A DNA stretch of 64,000 bases, taken from the IMG/VR virus record IMGVR_UViG_3300027804_000064, positions 6,550 through 70,549 of that record. One strand, written 5' to 3'. Positions 18,062 to 28,100 of the stretch are shown here, one piece after another. Below the pieces are notes generated by a model that saw only the letters and a list, made by a program, of their open reading frames with translations, was not told the origin of the DNA and did no database searches. A program made the position numbers and the translations under genes. Each line of letters starts with the position of its first letter. The first letter of the stretch is position 1. The DNA is from a virus.

Positions 18062-21000
18062 ATGGATCCAAAGAACATAATACTCAACACCGAAGCGGAA
18101 GCACTTGAAGACATTCTGTCTCCTTTTATTGAGGAGCAGTTTCCGTCATTCATGCGTGCAGACTACCGCAAATTGGTGCTGTTCATCAAGTCGTATTATG
18201 AGTGGTTGGATGAAAAGGGAAACGCTGGATATGTGCTTGGCAAACTAGACACCATCTATGACGCTGACCGCAGCCTTGATGAGTTCTATTCCCATTTCAA
18301 GAACACCTATCTGCTCACCTTTCCCGAGGTGCTTGCCACGAACGCAAGCGGCAACAAGCCCAACAAGAACACGCTGCTGAAGAAGATTCGTGACTTCTAC
18401 GGCAACAAGGGAACCGAAAGCGCGTACAAGTTCCTGTTCCGTGTGCTGTACGACAGCGACTTGGAAATCTATTATCCCAAGGAAGACATTCTGAAGGCTT
18501 CGGATGGTCAGTGGCTTGAACCGAAGTCGGTGAAGACCACTTCCACCAACGGCACTGCCCTGTTCAGCGGCAAGAACGGGCGGTTGGCGCAATACTCTGG
18601 TACGCAGGTGTCCGCGTCTGCGTTCATTGAAAGCGTGGTGCAGTACTCCTTCAACGGTCTGCCTGTCACGGAGTTCTTCATTTCAGACATAAACGGCACA
18701 TTCCTGCCTGGTCAACAGGTGTACATTGAGCAGGGCAGCGATGAGTGGGTGGAAACAGCGTACTCCGTTCTCGGAGACTTCTTTGTTGAGATTCCTGGTG
18801 ACGGGTATCGCGTAGGTGACACCGCCACCGTGATTGACGCAAACGGCGTGGGCTTTTCGGCAAAGATCGACCAAGTGAGTTTTTCGGGTGGCGTAAAGAA
18901 GATCGGCATTGCCAACTCGGGACTCAATTATTCGGGTGACCTTGTGCTGAACATCTTCAGCGACAGCGGTGCGCGATCCGCCAAGGTTGTTGCCCTGCGG
19001 AGCGCGGTCACGAATTATCCTGGCTACTTCTCTGGCAATCGCGGAAAGATTTCTTCAAACAAGAAGATCCAAGACGGACACTACTATCAGGACTTTTCGT
19101 ATGTGCTGAAGGGCGAGGTGTCCTTTGATTCGTATTTTGATCTGCTCAAGAGCATCATCCACCCTGCGGGCATGAGGATGTTTGGATCGGTGCTGTTCAA
19201 GAGTGAAATAGACAACACACTCACCTCGTCTGCACAAGCCACATATTTCCTCACTCCCGTGATTGGTCAGTACACCCCGTACACCACGGGAACCACCATT
19301 GATCTTCGGAACAACGGAGTCACCGCGTCTGGATATTGGCTTGGCGCAACAGGTGACCTGTATCCACTTGGGTACAACCCGTACATCGGCAGCACTGCAC
19401 AGGTAGGACCGAACGGCAGCACCACGCCCAACGGCACGGTGTTCGTTGGCACATCCCTTGGGTACACTTGGTGCTATGTGCCAGAAAGCGGTATCACAGC
19501 ACACAACCCAATCGGTGCGCCTCTTGGCAGCACTGCGTCTTGGACGCTTGGTCACGAACGCGGTCCTGATCCTGACACGATCAGCGGACTTGTGCTGTGG
19601 CTGAAGCCAGAGAACATCGGCGTGTGTGGTTCGGTGGCAAACGGCGCAAGCATGGATGTGTGGCGCGATGCTTCTCCGTCTGCAAACCACGCACTGCCTC
19701 CCAAGTGGGGACGGTGGACAACCGATCCTGCGTACTCGGGAGTCACCATTGACGCGCTTCGTCCCGTGCTTCAGACAGGAATCACGGGTATTTGCTTCAA
19801 CGGTGGAGTGATATATTCGCCGCAGAGCGTGTGGACAAACAACGGCAAGACCCTTGGTGGTATTCCTGGCTTTACATTCGGAGCATCAGGAAACACAGCA
19901 GGCAAGATACTCACGGGTCAGCATTTCTATCTCACGAACGGCATCACGCTCACGGACGACATGGATGTGTTCATGGTGTATCGCTCCACAAGCGACAGCC
20001 CTGCTCGGGGAATCGGCTTGGTTTCAGCGGCAACTGCGCTGCTTGGAGTCACGAACGACACCGTTTTCTTCAACCGTTCGTACAACCAAACAGACAGGAC
20101 TGCTGCACAGCAGACATCGGAGTATTACCGAATACTGCCTGACGGCACTCCACAGTATCCCAACAACGCCACCGTGCAGACTGGACTTGTGGGATTCCGT
20201 CCTGCTGGCGGCAATTTTGCGTTCCCGCAGAACACCCTTGCATACGATCCCCATGTGTCGGGTGCGTGCTTGGGCATTGTGGTGGGAGAGTGGCGGCGCA
20301 GCAACAATCGCATAGAGACATTCTTGAATGGTGACGCTGCACTGAACAGGTCGCGCTCCACAGGTATCGCGGTTGCGGATCTCGTGTCTCCAAACAATGA
20401 AGACTTCTTGGTACGAAACGGATTGGTGCTTGGAATTGATGGAAAGAGCGGTCCGTCTAACAATGAATACACTGCAAATGCTTACGACAATCTTGTCCAT
20501 CGCTATGTTTATCAGGGAGAATCTGAATTTTTCAGACGGGGAACGGCGATAGGCAACGAAACTTTTGGCACAAGCAAGGTGTATTGGGCTGATACGGTAT
20601 CATCCACGACCACAAACGCTATTGGAAGAGGTCTTGGTTCCATTACATTTGATTCCGATCCGTGGGGCAGAAAATCGCTAGTGTTCGACAGCAGACCCCG
20701 AATTTTCCCTTTCCATACAGATGATCAGCGATTTCCAAAGATTGATCTGACACAGGCTCCGTACAACTCACTTGTTACACCATCAGGTTTGAGTTACAGC
20801 GCAGTATACGGTCAATTTGTTGGAGTCACATGGGGACGGGCTGGGTCTTTTGCAAGATCAAATACTGGATACGGGGGTTTTTTGGTTGGCAGATATTCTG
20901 GAGGCATAGGAACCAATGCACCAATAATTCCCATTGACGAAACACAGATTTACAGATTCTCGGTGTGGATGAACCGTAAGGAATTGGGTGTTCCGTGGAC

Positions 21001-22186
21001 TGGCTTGAGCATGGGAAACGATGACCGTCCAGCCATTAGTAATACCAACACTATAAACGGAAATATGTATTTTGGTGTTCACGGAAACGGTTACCCATCC
21101 ATAAACAATGATGGTTTTGGATATACTCTTGACCGAGTTATTCCTAGAAATGGGGGTAATCCCAACTGGAATCATTATTTCTTTGTTGCTCCACCACAAA
21201 GGGTTCCGACAGGGTACGACGAGAACAAATGGTATTTGTATGTGTACTATATGTACCCATCGGGTTCTCCCACAGGACCAGCGTTTTCCCATAGTGCAAC
21301 AAGCGGTAGATACACCACAGACGGCGTGTCTAGCAGACTAATACCTTATGGTAGTGCTGGTGACGCACAGTGGGTTCCTGGCACTACCTATGCTGCTTTA
21401 CGCTCTTGGGCTTTTTATCCTGTGGACGGAACTCCGCGGCATCAGATTTTTGAACCGCGCATAGACCTTGTGGACGGCACGGAGCCGTCAATTGCCGAAC
21501 TGCTGAACGGCAGTGCGTATCGGCTGAAGAATCGTGACGGAATCGTTCAGCCTGTGTACGCCATGAATCAACCTGTGTACGCAACCGCAGACATGGGGTA
21601 CTTCCGTTTTGATGGATACACATCGGGTGACCACTTTGAGATAGATCCTGCTCCTGCTGTTTCGGTGGGAACTCCTCGGCAGAATCGCTTCACTGTGGAA
21701 ACAGTGTTCTACCCCACACCCAATCCAGTGTCATCGGTGACCACCCATTTTATTCTAGGCTCTTCCACCAACGGAATTCGGCAGTATCTCGGGTACGATC
21801 TTCTGAAGAAATCCGTCAAGGCGGTGCTATGGGACGGAACGAATGTACAGGTTGTTCAGACACCCGACAATTCTGTTCCTCTGAACACATGGGCGCACTG
21901 CGTGCTTCAGATAGACGGGGTTTCGGTTCAGATATGGATCAACGGACAGCAAAAACTTAATACCTCTGTTTCTCTTTCGTCTGTGCTGCCGTGGGATGTA
22001 GAGTCGGACGGCACTCGGGGACGGTGGACACTTGGATTCCTTGACCGCTTCTTTGCAGGTGACGGTCCAACCAAGGACAATTGGTTCCGTGGTCGGATAT
22101 CCGATTTCCGTGTGTATGACCGTATACTGCTTCCGACAGAAATACAGCAGAACTTCAACTCAATTCGTTCACGATACGAACTGTAA
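18062..22186 (+). CDS. 7: baseplate wedge initiator (gp7-like) with appended LamG/concanavalin-like domains
   Basis: I..QFP.F....Y..LV.FIK.YYEW, K.I.DFY..KGT..AY.FLFR.LY, IQD..YYQ.FSY.LK, HPAG..MFG; C-terminal G.I..FRVYDR.L...EI.QNF LamG motif. Confidence 0.8.
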   Translation: MDPKNIILNTEAEALEDILSPFIEEQFPSFMRADYRKLVLFIKSYYEWLDEKGNAGYVLGKLDTIYDADRSLDEFYSHFKNTYLLTFPEVLATNASGNKPNKNTLLKKIRDFYGNKGTESAYKFLFRVLYDSDLEIYYPKEDILKASDGQWLEPKSVKTTSTNGTALFSGKNGRLAQYSGTQVSASAFIESVVQYSFNGLPVTEFFISDINGTFLPGQQVYIEQGSDEWVETAYSVLGDFFVEIPGDGYRVGDTATVIDANGVGFSAKIDQVSFSGGVKKIGIANSGLNYSGDLVLNIFSDSGARSAKVVALRSAVTNYPGYFSGNRGKISSNKKIQDGHYYQDFSYVLKGEVSFDSYFDLLKSIIHPAGMRMFGSVLFKSEIDNTLTSSAQATYFLTPVIGQYTPYTTGTTIDLRNNGVTASGYWLGATGDLYPLGYNPYIGSTAQVGPNGSTTPNGTVFVGTSLGYTWCYVPESGITAHNPIGAPLGSTASWTLGHERGPDPDTISGLVLWLKPENIGVCGSVANGASMDVWRDASPSANHALPPKWGRWTTDPAYSGVTIDALRPVLQTGITGICFNGGVIYSPQSVWTNNGKTLGGIPGFTFGASGNTAGKILTGQHFYLTNGITLTDDMDVFMVYRSTSDSPARGIGLVSAATALLGVTNDTVFFNRSYNQTDRTAAQQTSEYYRILPDGTPQYPNNATVQTGLVGFRPAGGNFAFPQNTLAYDPHVSGACLGIVVGEWRRSNNRIETFLNGDAALNRSRSTGIAVADLVSPNNEDFLVRNGLVLGIDGKSGPSNNEYTANAYDNLVHRYVYQGESEFFRRGTAIGNETFGTSKVYWADTVSSTTTNAIGRGLGSITFDSDPWGRKSLVFDSRPRIFPFHTDDQRFPKIDLTQAPYNSLVTPSGLSYSAVYGQFVGVTWGRAGSFARSNTGYGGFLVGRYSGGIGTNAPIIPIDETQIYRFSVWMNRKELGVPWTGLSMGNDDRPAISNTNTINGNMYFGVHGNGYPSINNDGFGYTLDRVIPRNGGNPNWNHYFFVAPPQRVPTGYDENKWYLYVYYMYPSGSPTGPAFSHSATSGRYTTDGVSSRLIPYGSAGDAQWVPGTTYAALRSWAFYPVDGTPRHQIFEPRIDLVDGTEPSIAELLNGSAYRLKNRDGIVQPVYAMNQPVYATADMGYFRFDGYTSGDHFEIDPAPAVSVGTPRQNRFTVETVFYPTPNPVSSVTTHFILGSSTNGIRQYLGYDLLKKSVKAVLWDGTNVQVVQTPDNSVPLNTWAHCVLQIDGVSVQIWINGQQKLNTSVSLSSVLPWDVESDGTRGRWTLGFLDRFFAGDGPTKDNWFRGRISDFRVYDRILLPTEIQQNFNSIRSRYEL

Positions 22187-22197
22187 AGGCGTAACCT

Positions 22198-22719
22198 ATG
22201 GCAGAAGTAACAGAACTAGACTACGCAGCACCAGCAGAACAGTACAGTTCCTCCCCTGTTTCGCTTGGGCGTTTTGGAGCATATGTTCGCGCCGAACTTG
22301 GTTCCACGGCTGCTGTGGCTAACGCAGATTTTGTAAATCATGCACGGAGTGACACAGACAATCCTTCGTATTCTTTTCAGGGTGTGCTGCACGAAGTCAT
22401 AGTTTTCAATCGCAAGTTGACTGAAGTTGAGCGTCAACAGGTATATCAGTATCTGTCTTTCAAGTACGGACTTGACGACACCTTGCCTGATTCGTTCACC
22501 AAGTCTCGCAATAGTGCGTATGCAGCAGGATTGACCTATTGGGAAATACGGCATCACCCAAACACAGAAGGGCTGTCCACCATTCCCGCGGGCATATGCT
22601 TTGGCGGAATCACACTACAGAATTTCGTACATTTCCCCGACACGCTGTACAAGTCCGCAGGCACGGTGCTGTCCAACGGAACTGTGCTGTCGGGCGATAC
22701 ATACAGTAATATTGGATAA
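22198..22719 (+). CDS. virion protein carrying the C-terminal part of a LamG-like domain
   Basis: LGR...F.G.L.EVIVFNRKLT..ERQQV..YL..KYGL motif. Confidence 0.6.
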   Translation: MAEVTELDYAAPAEQYSSSPVSLGRFGAYVRAELGSTAAVANADFVNHARSDTDNPSYSFQGVLHEVIVFNRKLTEVERQQVYQYLSFKYGLDDTLPDSFTKSRNSAYAAGLTYWEIRHHPNTEGLSTIPAGICFGGITLQNFVHFPDTLYKSAGTVLSNGTVLSGDTYSNIG

Positions 22720-22730
22720 GGGGAACCGAA

Positions 22731-25097
22731 ATGGCTAGTTACCTGAAGGCATCAATCGAACGCTCATACGCCGAGAGTTTCTTGGCTGAACTCGAACGCA
22801 ACGAGAATCAGTATTTCTTCTTTGTTGCAAAGGGAACCACATGGGCAAACGAGAACAGCCCATCGGCATATTCGGATACCGTGGCGGCTGAATATCAGGT
22901 GATGAACGAGATCATCGGTTACAAGAAACTCAATCCGCAGAACATCCTGTTTGCACTTCCCCGTTACGAATGGACAAGCGGAACGGTGTATGATCAGTAC
23001 GAAGACACCGTAAACTTGTTTGACGGCAATGATCCCGCAATATTCTATGTGGTAACTGATGCGAATCATGTATACAAATGTTTGGGAAACAACGGCGGAA
23101 ACACCAATGGTTCAACGGAAAAGCCCACCCATGTGACCTCTGAAGCCGTCACCCTCGGTGACGGATATGTGTGGAAATATCTTGCTACCATCAGAGAAGG
23201 CGATCTTCCTTACGAACTCACAGACTACATTCCTGTCGATGTAGCCACCATCAGCAGCGACAACGAGACACAGAATCAGTACAATACCCAACTTGAAGCG
23301 GTGAACGGAGAGATCACGCGGATAGATGTAGACAACACAGCCACACCAGGCGTGTATCCCTATGCTTACGATCAGGTAATCTCTGGCATAAACACTCCAT
23401 ATCTTATTCAAGTTGCGGCATTTACGGAAATCAGCAGCATTGTTAAGCAAGTGCGTATCACTGACGCTGCCTCTAGAGATCGCATCAATGTACTGACATC
23501 AAATACTCCGAGTAATCTTGTTGGATATGTCATGCGCGTAAACGCAAGCACTGCCAATCCAGCAGAAGTGAACAATTACGGCGTGATTACCAATGTGACA
23601 ACTGGAGCAAACGAAATAATTTTTACGGTTGAAAACGATGCTGTAGATTTCGTGGTAACGCCAACCACACAGACTCTTGTTTCTGCTGTGGACTTTTTGC
23701 CGTATATCAAAATTGTTGGTGATGGCAGTGGAGCATTTGCTTTCCCAAACATGAATGCGAACAAACAAATCACCGCAATTGATATACAGACACAGGGAAA
23801 TGGCGGTCGAAACTACAGCAAGGTCATGCTTGAGGTCACTAGTGAAGTACAGGCTGGAACTGATCATCCGACTCTTACTGCGGTGCTGTCGCCAAAAGGC
23901 GGTCACGGCAGCAATATTCTGAAAGAGTTGAACATCAAGGACATCTTGATAATAGTTGATATCGGTGAAGAAGATCAGAACAAGTTCATTACTGGCGGCA
24001 CATATCGTCAGTTTGGAATCATCAAGAATCCACGGCTGGTAGGTAGTGCGGGATTGCTTGCAGGTGAAAACAATCCTTATTACAGAGATATAACCCTTAT
24101 TCGTGAGGATGCTGTTCCTGATGCTTCTCATTTTGATGGGTCTTCCGACAACTACATCATCGGTACAGAGTCGTTTGCTCTTGCAAAGGTAGACGAAATA
24201 AAAACCGCTCCCAACTCTGCAACGAATTTTGTTACCGTGAAAACCCTTAATTCTTCTGGACGCTTCATTACCCGTCTTCAGAGAATTCGTGACTATACCC
24301 TAACAGTGCAGAATGCCTTGGAATTTTTCAACGGAGAAAGGGTTTTTCAGAGTATTCCCGCAGGAGCAATCATTACTACTCCTAGTGGTGGTGGAATTTC
24401 ATTTGGATACGATCTTGATGTTTCTGGAACGGTTATCGGCAGAAGCGCAAACAACCTATATGTGCGGGTCATCACAAACGGTAATTTTGTCGGCGGATAT
24501 CAACTCAGCAGCACGCAGTCTGGAGTTACTGGAGATGTTCTCGCTGTCAATGTCACGAACGGAGAATTAGTGGTAGTCACTAAATCCAATGGTGGCAGTG
24601 TACAGGTTGTTCAAAACTCAAATTCGGTTCAAAAACTGTATCGCGTGGTGGAATCTGGACAGTCATATTTTGACCTTAATAACACCCCATCGTACAGCGG
24701 TCTTCATGTGCTTGAAGTCGCTACAAGCGTAAGTGGAGCAACGGGAACGCTTGATATATCATATGCTCCGTTGACTCAGAACTCATTCTCTAATGGTGAT
24801 GTGGTGCATCAAGGTACTACAGGAGAATTCGGTCATTACGCCACGGGACAGGTTTACAGATGGAATTTTGTAAATCCATCGTATGGAGTCCTGTATCTCA
24901 CCAATGTCACTGGACGGTTCCGTGATGTGCAGACTCATGGCGCAACAGGAGCAGGGTTTGGCGAGTATGTGATCAACACTGTAACCCTGCCAGAAATAGA
25001 CCCAACTTCGGGCGAAATACTATACATAAACAATGTCAGACCTGTCACGCGAGGCACGGGTCAAACCGAAGAGTTCAGGCTCCGTCTAGGATTCTAA
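22731..25097 (+). CDS. 8: baseplate wedge subunit, enlarged
   Basis: PRY.WTSGT.YD.Y, FYV.T....VYKCL.N, P.H......DGY.WKYL, SP.GGHG...KEL, RQFGII.NP, SGEILYI.N..P..R...Q.E. Confidence 0.88.
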   Translation: MASYLKASIERSYAESFLAELERNENQYFFFVAKGTTWANENSPSAYSDTVAAEYQVMNEIIGYKKLNPQNILFALPRYEWTSGTVYDQYEDTVNLFDGNDPAIFYVVTDANHVYKCLGNNGGNTNGSTEKPTHVTSEAVTLGDGYVWKYLATIREGDLPYELTDYIPVDVATISSDNETQNQYNTQLEAVNGEITRIDVDNTATPGVYPYAYDQVISGINTPYLIQVAAFTEISSIVKQVRITDAASRDRINVLTSNTPSNLVGYVMRVNASTANPAEVNNYGVITNVTTGANEIIFTVENDAVDFVVTPTTQTLVSAVDFLPYIKIVGDGSGAFAFPNMNANKQITAIDIQTQGNGGRNYSKVMLEVTSEVQAGTDHPTLTAVLSPKGGHGSNILKELNIKDILIIVDIGEEDQNKFITGGTYRQFGIIKNPRLVGSAGLLAGENNPYYRDITLIREDAVPDASHFDGSSDNYIIGTESFALAKVDEIKTAPNSATNFVTVKTLNSSGRFITRLQRIRDYTLTVQNALEFFNGERVFQSIPAGAIITTPSGGGISFGYDLDVSGTVIGRSANNLYVRVITNGNFVGGYQLSSTQSGVTGDVLAVNVTNGELVVVTKSNGGSVQVVQNSNSVQKLYRVVESGQSYFDLNNTPSYSGLHVLEVATSVSGATGTLDISYAPLTQNSFSNGDVVHQGTTGEFGHYATGQVYRWNFVNPSYGVLYLTNVTGRFRDVQTHGATGAGFGEYVINTVTLPEIDPTSGEILYINNVRPVTRGTGQTEEFRLRLGF

Positions 25098-25106
25098 GAG
25101 GAACAC

Positions 25107-28100
25107 ATGGCATACGATCCCAGCATTTTCAACATCAACCCATATTACGATGACTTTGACTCTGCAAAGGGGTTTTTGCGTGTGTTGTTCAAGCCTGGCT
25201 ATGCTGTGCAGGCGCGCGAACTCACCCAATTACAGACAATTCTTCAAAATCAGTTGTCCCGTGTTGGTGACCATTTGTTCAAGGACGGTTCACGAATAGT
25301 CGGGGGCGGAATCACTGTTCGTAACGCATCATACCTCATGGTGGATGTTGGCATAAATAGTCCTTTGTATGGAGTCACTGACTTTCAGCCACTTGTCGGC
25401 GGAACAATCACCTCCACGACTAGCGGAGACACAACAAGTGCAAAAATTGTTGGATATATTTCTCCTGACCTGAACAGTGATGGCTATCTTGTTTTGGTTG
25501 TTGATTTTTATTCTGGATCGGAATTTGGCTCAAGCACCATAAATCTCATCAACTCTCCAGATGTTTCGTATACTGGTGCGAATGTTCTCACTATAGCACC
25601 CGACTCGTTTGCTACAGGTTCATGCAAAGTTATTGGTGTAGCAGAGGGAATATTCTATATCAACGGCTTCTTTGTACGCACAGGATTGCAGCAGTTTGCT
25701 CCCTATCGCCTGAGCAGCGATGGTTCTTATCGTGATCTAGAGTTTGCTTCTGTCACAGGAGAAGAATTTGCTGAACTGTCCAAGAAGATTGGTTTTACGA
25801 TAACAAACGACAATGTGACTGAACAGGAAGACTCAACTCTCAGAGATCCTGCTATCGGTTCATACAACTACAATGCGCCTGGTGCAGATCGTTACACGAT
25901 TGTATTGACTCTTGATCAGACCGATCTTACCGAAACTCCATCTAATTTTGTTGAACTGTTGCGGTTTGAGAATGGTCGTGTCACGAAAAAGGTAGAGCGG
26001 GTCACTTACGGAGAAATCGAAAACGCGCTTGCCCGTAGAACATTCGATGAGTCTGGATCATACACGGTTCGTCCTTTTGAGGTTCAAGTTCGCACAAACG
26101 ATTCTGCCAATTACAATCTTTCTATCGGCAGTGGAAAAGCGTATGTGCTTGGACACGAAGTGGAGAATCAATATCCTCAAACTGTTGCCCTTCCCAAGGC
26201 GCGAACAACAGAAAACAACACGCAGACCTTTTCTTATGCCTTGGGTAACTATATTGATGCTGCCGTTGGCGGTGCATCGAATCTAGGGCAGACATTTGCA
26301 GACAATCTCGCAGCGATTGGGTCTGGTTCTGCTCTTGTTCGATTTTTGAACTCTACTCGTGCCGTTGTGGGAACTGCTCGCGTTCATGGTGTCAATCCAG
26401 TGAATACTGGAACATATCGTTTATTCTTGTATGGAATCAGCGGATCGGTGACATCTGGACGCACGGGATACATTTATTCAGACACCACAGGATTTACTCT
26501 TGGTGCTTTTTTCATCAACACAGCAGGAAGCAATCTTACCGCTCCAAAGGACACGGTAAACAGTTCTTTGGTGTACGAGATCAAGCCTGGATATGCCATC
26601 AAAGACATTAGCAATCTTACGGTCTACGGAAAACTTGTAACCGATGATCTGACAGTTCAGTACACAGGAACACCTGGATCAAGTGATACCGCAATATACA
26701 CAGTCAACAAGAGTTCTGATTTTGATTCACTTGATTCTAGCAACCCGTATCGTTTTAAAAACTATTCTACGGCGACCACATCTTCATTAGAAGTAAGTCA
26801 GATTGGAATAGTAAACGATAATGGTGGATGTGCTGTGTTGAACAGCGGAACTCTGTCTGGTGGTGGGAACAACAATACAATGACTCTGACGGTCACGGGT
26901 TCTTCCAACAATGGTTGGGGAGGATTCACGGCAGGAAACATTAGGTTGATTGTTCCCGTGATCTATACACCAGACCTCTCGGTCAGCGGTCAGTACAGGA
27001 GCAAGACCAGTGTCAGCACCACTGATACTTTTGCTGCACTAGCAGACAGGAGAGGAAATCCGAACACGGATGAAAACAGCGTATACTATGAGTTTGACCA
27101 ATACGATGTTTACAAGGTTTCATCTGTAATTGCCACTGACAGCAGCGTTACTCCAAACATCGTAACCAATGTCACATCTGATTTTGAATTGGATGACGGT
27201 CAACGAGAAACACACTATGGTCTTTCTCGCCTGTATCTAAAGCCGTCCTCTGCCACTAAACCCATATACTCTTCGTCTAATATCAGTTTGAGCGTATCAT
27301 ATTCGTATTTCTCTCACGGGGGATTGGCTTCTGCTCCTTTTATTGGTGCGCTGTCGTATTCTGGAATACCATACGAAAACATTCCAGTATTCAGCAATCC
27401 TAGAACAGGAAAAACGGTTTCTCTCGCAAACTGTTTGGATTTCCGTCATAGTGGATCCACGGCATCAACCGTTCGAATCAAACCATACGGAGCAAATGTT
27501 GGTTTTGTTGTCGCGGAAGACACGACAATCACATATAACCACTACTTGCCACGCATCGACAAACTATGCGTAAAGTCAAATCCTGATGACGGTTCTGCTC
27601 TCTTTTTCTTGGTGCGGGGAACGCCTGATCTGTCTCCCGTTGCTCCCCCCGATCCGCAAGACGCACTAGTGATCTCTACCATCACGATTCCTGCTTACAC
27701 ACACAACACCACCGATGTAGTGCTTGATCCCGTTGAAACCAAGCGGTTTACTATGGCTGATCTTGGAAAGATGGAAAAACGCATAGATGATGTTGAAGTC
27801 TTTGCGAAACTGTCTCTATCTGAGTCCGAATTGGAGTCTCGTTCTCTCAAAACATCTGCCTCTGCCACAGAGCCGCTAAAGACATCTATTTTCGTTGATG
27901 AGTTTTATGGTCACTCCGTGGCAGATGTCACCGATCCACTGTATACCTGTTCTGTGGATTTTGAACGGGGAGAACTTCGTCCATTCTTTACAACACAGCC
28001 AGTAAATCTAATTGATACAACTCCAATCACGGATGCTGGAGAGCAGTCTGATCCCGCCACAAGCAGCATTTCCAATATTGCGATTTCCACCGATGGAGTA

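Noticed and set aside
22184-22200. Stop-codon read-through joining gp7 to the 173-aa gene
   Set aside because: The gap is 11 nt (out of frame), the stop is TAA, and there is no slippery run. The AAGGCGTAA also seen at the end of gp6 is probably coincidental.
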